Made by a program: the position numbers and the translations under genes. Positions 56,583-59,822 of a DNA stretch of 59,822 nucleotides are shown piece by piece. Each line of letters starts with the position of its first letter. The first letter of the stretch is position 1. A model generated the notes under the pieces. The model was not told the DNA's origin and ran no database searches. It saw nothing but the letters and a program-made list of their open reading frames with translations. The DNA is from a virus. Taxonomy: Duplodnaviria > Caudoviricetes. Location: positions 1 through 59,822 of IMG/VR virus record IMGVR_UViG_3300017991_000120; one strand, given 5' to 3'.

Positions 56583-57196
56583 TGGAGGTTGAAATGAGTA
56601 AAGGTAAGGTCTACCCGATTAATGAAATATTTTACTCCCTCCAAGGCGAAGGATTTCACACCGGCCAACCTGCAATCTTTGTGAGGTTTGCCGGATGCAA
56701 TTTATCTTGTCCGTGGTGTGATACCGATTATTCAACCAAGGGCATTATGACAATTGATGACATTATTAAAGAAGTTGAGAACTATGAATCTTGGCATCTT
56801 ATCCTCACCGGTGGTGAGCCATCAATTCAAGCTACATCCGAATTCATTCAACCTTTTAAAGACATCGGTTATTTCGTACACATGGAAACAAACGGCACTC
56901 GCGAGGTGGCAATGAATGTGGATTGGATAACAGTCTCGCCAAAGGTAAAATGGCAACCGCAGGAAGATTGGATTCAATTGACAGGCAATGAATTGAAATT
57001 GGTTTATGATGGTCAGTCCGAGGAAGAACTTCAAGAAATTGTCGACACCACATCCTTTGATCATTACTATCTGCAGCCTGAGTGGAATCAATTTAATGGT
57101 CTAAAAAAGTTTGGGCCAAAAGTCGTTGAAGTGGCAAAAAGGAACCCAACATGGAAGGTCAGTCTCCAAACACAGAAGCTCCTTGGGATATTATAA
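56582..57196 (+). CDS. queE: 7-carboxy-7-deazaguanine synthase QueE (radical SAM)
   Basis: EIFYSLQGEG, CNLSCPWCDT, TGGEP, ETNG, SPK, SLQTQK. Confidence 0.95.
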   Translation: MEVEMSKGKVYPINEIFYSLQGEGFHTGQPAIFVRFAGCNLSCPWCDTDYSTKGIMTIDDIIKEVENYESWHLILTGGEPSIQATSEFIQPFKDIGYFVHMETNGTREVAMNVDWITVSPKVKWQPQEDWIQLTGNELKLVYDGQSEEELQEIVDTTSFDHYYLQPEWNQFNGLKKFGPKVVEVAKRNPTWKVSLQTQKLLGIL

Positions 57197-57882
57197 AAAG
57201 ACAAATCCGCGAGGAGGAAAAGTGGAAAATCGAGGACAGCATCAATATGGATGAAAAATCAAAACAACAGTTAACCGCACACCCAATAGTTGATACCGAT
57301 GATGGGAAGAGCCTTGTGTGGTCTCGAAATGTACCAGGATTAAAAGAGGCGTTGAAATATGTCTTTGAATACATAGGAGACGATCCGTTCCGCGAGGGTT
57401 TACAAGAAACGCCTAATCGGATTATTAAATCATGGAAAGAATTATTCTCAGGATACGGAAAAGACCCACAAGACATTCTTAAAACTTTTGAGGATGGCGC
57501 TTGTGACGAAATGGTTATCTTGGAAGGCATTGACTTCTTTTCCACGTGCGAACATCATTTTTTGCCATTTTATGGAAATGTTTCCATAGGCTATGTTCCC
57601 AACGGCAAAGTTATCGGCGTGTCAAAACTGGCACGTCTTGTGGAAATATTTTCCCGACGGCTACAGATTCAAGAAAAGATGACGACCCAAATTGCTACCG
57701 CCCTGCAGGACGCTTTGAATCCCAAAGGTGTTATGGTCGTGTGTAAGGCAAAACATCTTTGTATGGTGGCGCGAGGAGTGAAGAAAGCCAATCCCGAAAT
57801 GATAACAAGTTCTGTGATTGGCGCTTTTCGGGATGACCAAGAGGCTCGGAACGAGTTTTTAAGATTAACGAGTGCCGTATAG
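57151..57882 (+). CDS. folE: GTP cyclohydrolase I FolE (start uncertain)
   Basis: REGLQETPNR, STCEHHFLPF, GVSKLARLV, RRLQIQE, HLCMVARG. Confidence 0.96.
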   Translation: MEGQSPNTEAPWDIIKRQIREEEKWKIEDSINMDEKSKQQLTAHPIVDTDDGKSLVWSRNVPGLKEALKYVFEYIGDDPFREGLQETPNRIIKSWKELFSGYGKDPQDILKTFEDGACDEMVILEGIDFFSTCEHHFLPFYGNVSIGYVPNGKVIGVSKLARLVEIFSRRLQIQEKMTTQIATALQDALNPKGVMVVCKAKHLCMVARGVKKANPEMITSSVIGAFRDDQEARNEFLRLTSAV

Positions 57883-58110
57883 ACTTTCTAAAATTTCCCA
57901 GGCCATTTGAACTTCGTCGTCGGGTTCAAAGCCCATTTCCTCATAAAGGGCAGGATAGTTTAAACATTCCCAACCGCGTGTGACCTGCGCCTTAATTTCG
58001 GGCGTAGGCCATTTGCGGAAGGTTTTTGCTAATTTTAAAGCGGCTACTCGGTTACAGTTTAAAACATGTTGGCGCAGTTGATCGGATTTGGAAAGTTCCA
58101 TTTTATTCAC
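57865..58110 (-). CDS. small hypothetical protein, antisense within the que cluster
   Basis: Downstream of promoter copy 5; AAAGGTG SD before ATG at 58101. Confidence 0.55.
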   Translation of the reverse strand: MNKMELSKSDQLRQHVLNCNRVAALKLAKTFRKWPTPEIKAQVTRGWECLNYPALYEEMGFEPDDEVQMAWEILESLYGTR

Positions 58111-58204
58111 CTTTGATTGCTTTGTCTAAAAAATCTTTTTCGGCTTGAACAGCATCGTTTTTATCTCGTGTCTCCTTGTTCTTGTTCGTTGTTAACGTTA
58201 ATTC

Positions 58205-58233
58205 AATATACAACGTATATACGAAGAATGCAA
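58205..58233 (-). promoter_or_regulatory. repeated early-type promoter, copy 5
   Basis: TTGCAT-tcttcGTATATACgttg-TATATT. Confidence 0.75.
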
Positions 58234-58288
58234 GCGAGAAATTAAAAAAAGCAAAAAAACACAAAAAATGAAAGGAAGGAATGTTCTT

Positions 58289-59539
58289 ATGTGCATGGTA
58301 ATTGGCTGGATGGGAGAAATCCCAAGTTATGCAAAAGAAAGAATTGTCATTGGTGGAAGATTGAGGGGCAGGGATGGCGCAGGATATTGGACGAATTCTA
58401 AAACGTACAGAACATTGGACATAAATGAAGTTCCTCCATTTGTTATGCAATCCGATGAAATGTTGGCTAATTTTAGAGCGACGCCAACAACAGAGGCCGA
58501 AACGCAATTGAATTATCTGCAACCTTACGATGGGATTGTTCATAATGGCATCATTTCAAATGACAAGGTGTATGGAGATTTTCCAATAGATTCTATGGCA
58601 CTTCCCGAGATATTCTCTAACAGAGAAGGTGACTTTGTCAAGCAGGCTCAAAAAATCGTAGGAAGTTATGCGATTGCCTTTTTTAATAGCAAAAGTTTGG
58701 TTTTGATTACAAATTACAAACCAATCTATTATAAGCGGTTTTCGCAAGGTTTTGCCTTTGCTTCAATGCCAGAACCATTAGGACGCGAGGCGATCCCCTT
58801 AAAACCATATACTGTAAATATCATTGACAAAAAAAACTTCCAAATTTTTACAGAGGAAATTCCTCGTAACAGCTATTCCGATAGGGCTGTCGTTGCGGCA
58901 TCTTCCGGATTGGATTCCACTACGGTTGCCTACCTTTTAAAATCCCAGGGTAAAGATGTGACACTGGCCCATTTTATTTACAAGTGTTTGGCGCAGGAAA
59001 ATGAGGTTAATCGAATCCTAAGGATAGCAGAACACGGAGGATTTGGCTTGACACTTATCGAGATCCCCAATGTTTTTTCTGGGACGATAGTTGAAGGTAC
59101 ATATAAAAAAGATGGCATCTCTGGAACAGAATATGCTCACGATTGGGTGAGTGCTCGCAATCTTGTGATGACTTCTCTATTGACAGCCTTTGCAGAATCC
59201 AATAAAATAGGGATCGTCGCAACAGGCGGCAATCTTGAAGAAAGCGGTGCCTATCCCGATAACGAGCATGAGTTTGGCAGGATGGTCAATAATGTGCTGC
59301 CTTATGCGGTACAAAACGGTTTAGAAATTCGATTTGAGCAGCCTTTGTCAAATTATATGAAGCACGAAATTGTCAAAATAGGACAGGAGCTTGGGGTCCC
59401 TTGGCATTTAACTTGGTCTTGCTATTCGGACAAACAGGAGCCTTGCGGCAAATGTGGGCCTTGTTACATGAGACGAATCGCATTTGAAAGAAATGGACTT
59501 GTAGATCCTTTGTTGATTGGAGGACAGGGAGAATCATGA
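58289..59539 (+). CDS. queC: Gat-QueC fusion (class II glutamine amidotransferase + QueC)
   Basis: Starts Met-Cys (Ntn nucleophile) after AAGGAAGGA; RGRDGAG, QPY, VHNGII, IDS; then SSGLDST, VSARNL, YPD, TWSCY..CGKCGPC. Confidence 0.92.
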   Translation: MCMVIGWMGEIPSYAKERIVIGGRLRGRDGAGYWTNSKTYRTLDINEVPPFVMQSDEMLANFRATPTTEAETQLNYLQPYDGIVHNGIISNDKVYGDFPIDSMALPEIFSNREGDFVKQAQKIVGSYAIAFFNSKSLVLITNYKPIYYKRFSQGFAFASMPEPLGREAIPLKPYTVNIIDKKNFQIFTEEIPRNSYSDRAVVAASSGLDSTTVAYLLKSQGKDVTLAHFIYKCLAQENEVNRILRIAEHGGFGLTLIEIPNVFSGTIVEGTYKKDGISGTEYAHDWVSARNLVMTSLLTAFAESNKIGIVATGGNLEESGAYPDNEHEFGRMVNNVLPYAVQNGLEIRFEQPLSNYMKHEIVKIGQELGVPWHLTWSCYSDKQEPCGKCGPCYMRRIAFERNGLVDPLLIGGQGES

Positions 59540-59822
59540 ACTATGCGATTATAGGTGTTGGTGGGATAGGAATTTTGCATGCCATTGCTGTTACGAGAAC
59601 TGGAAATATGGTGACGGCTATAATAGATCGAAATGAAGTCATATTAAAAAAAACACAAAAACGGTGGCGAAACGAATGGTTGGGATTTGTGGACGAAGTC
59701 ACTCCTAATCCTGATTGCCAATATTGCCAATCGATTGACCAATTGACTGCTGACGTAGATAAGTATATTCTTGCGGTGCCCCCCGAACAAAACAAACCTT
59801 ATTTGGAAATTTTATCACCTAA
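59536..59822 (+). CDS. N-terminal part of Gfo/Idh/MocA-family oxidoreductase (runs off the window end)
   Basis: ATGA coupling to queC; MNYAIIGVGGIGILHA (GxGxxG), 'VDKYILAVPP'; no stop before the end. Confidence 0.8.
   Translation, partial: MNYAIIGVGGIGILHAIAVTRTGNMVTAIIDRNEVILKKTQKRWRNEWLGFVDEVTPNPDCQYCQSIDQLTADVDKYILAVPPEQNKPYLEILSP

Noticed and set aside
59817-59822. ACCTAA as a biological direct terminal repeat or cos site
   Set aside because: Only 6 nt and inside a gene; either an assembly overlap or a genuine Pro-Lys codon repeat.

Overview
The window is almost certainly a complete, circularly permuted ~59.8 kb tailed (siphovirus-like) bacteriophage genome: an oxidoreductase ORF runs in frame off the right end and back in at position 1. 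Recognisable modules are: (i) a 7-deazaguanine DNA-modification cluster spanning the junction (queD, queE, folE, Gat-QueC, Gfo/Idh/MocA oxidoreductase, glycosyltransferase, dpdA, ParB-like); (ii) terminase, portal and MuF-like genes; (iii) an ~11.7 kb accessory block splitting the head module, with tRNAs, several structured RNAs, methyl/glycosyltransferases, an SPFH protein and leftward early genes; (iv) head and tail genes, including a -1 frameshifted tail chaperone and a 1603-aa tape measure; (v) recombination and replication genes. The most unusual element is at 39.3-42.7 kb. A sigma70-type promoter precedes three tandem RNA cassettes with a shared closing-stem motif (AARGCGT-N3-4-SGTTGTTATAG ... 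TAAAA-N-CAAC). Two cassettes enclose circularly permuted tRNA-like folds with intact anticodon loops (Leu-TAG opened in the variable arm; Thr-CGT opened in the D-loop, acceptor stem capped by a cUUCGg tetraloop). They lie directly upstream of a helical+vWA (Ro60/TROVE-like) gene and an ARPP-1/DUF6569-like gene, suggesting a phage-encoded Ro/Y-RNA-like or tRNA-decoy ribonucleoprotein system. No integrase, DNA polymerase, CRISPR array or clear endolysin was recognised. All family assignments come from motif recognition by eye, not database searches.
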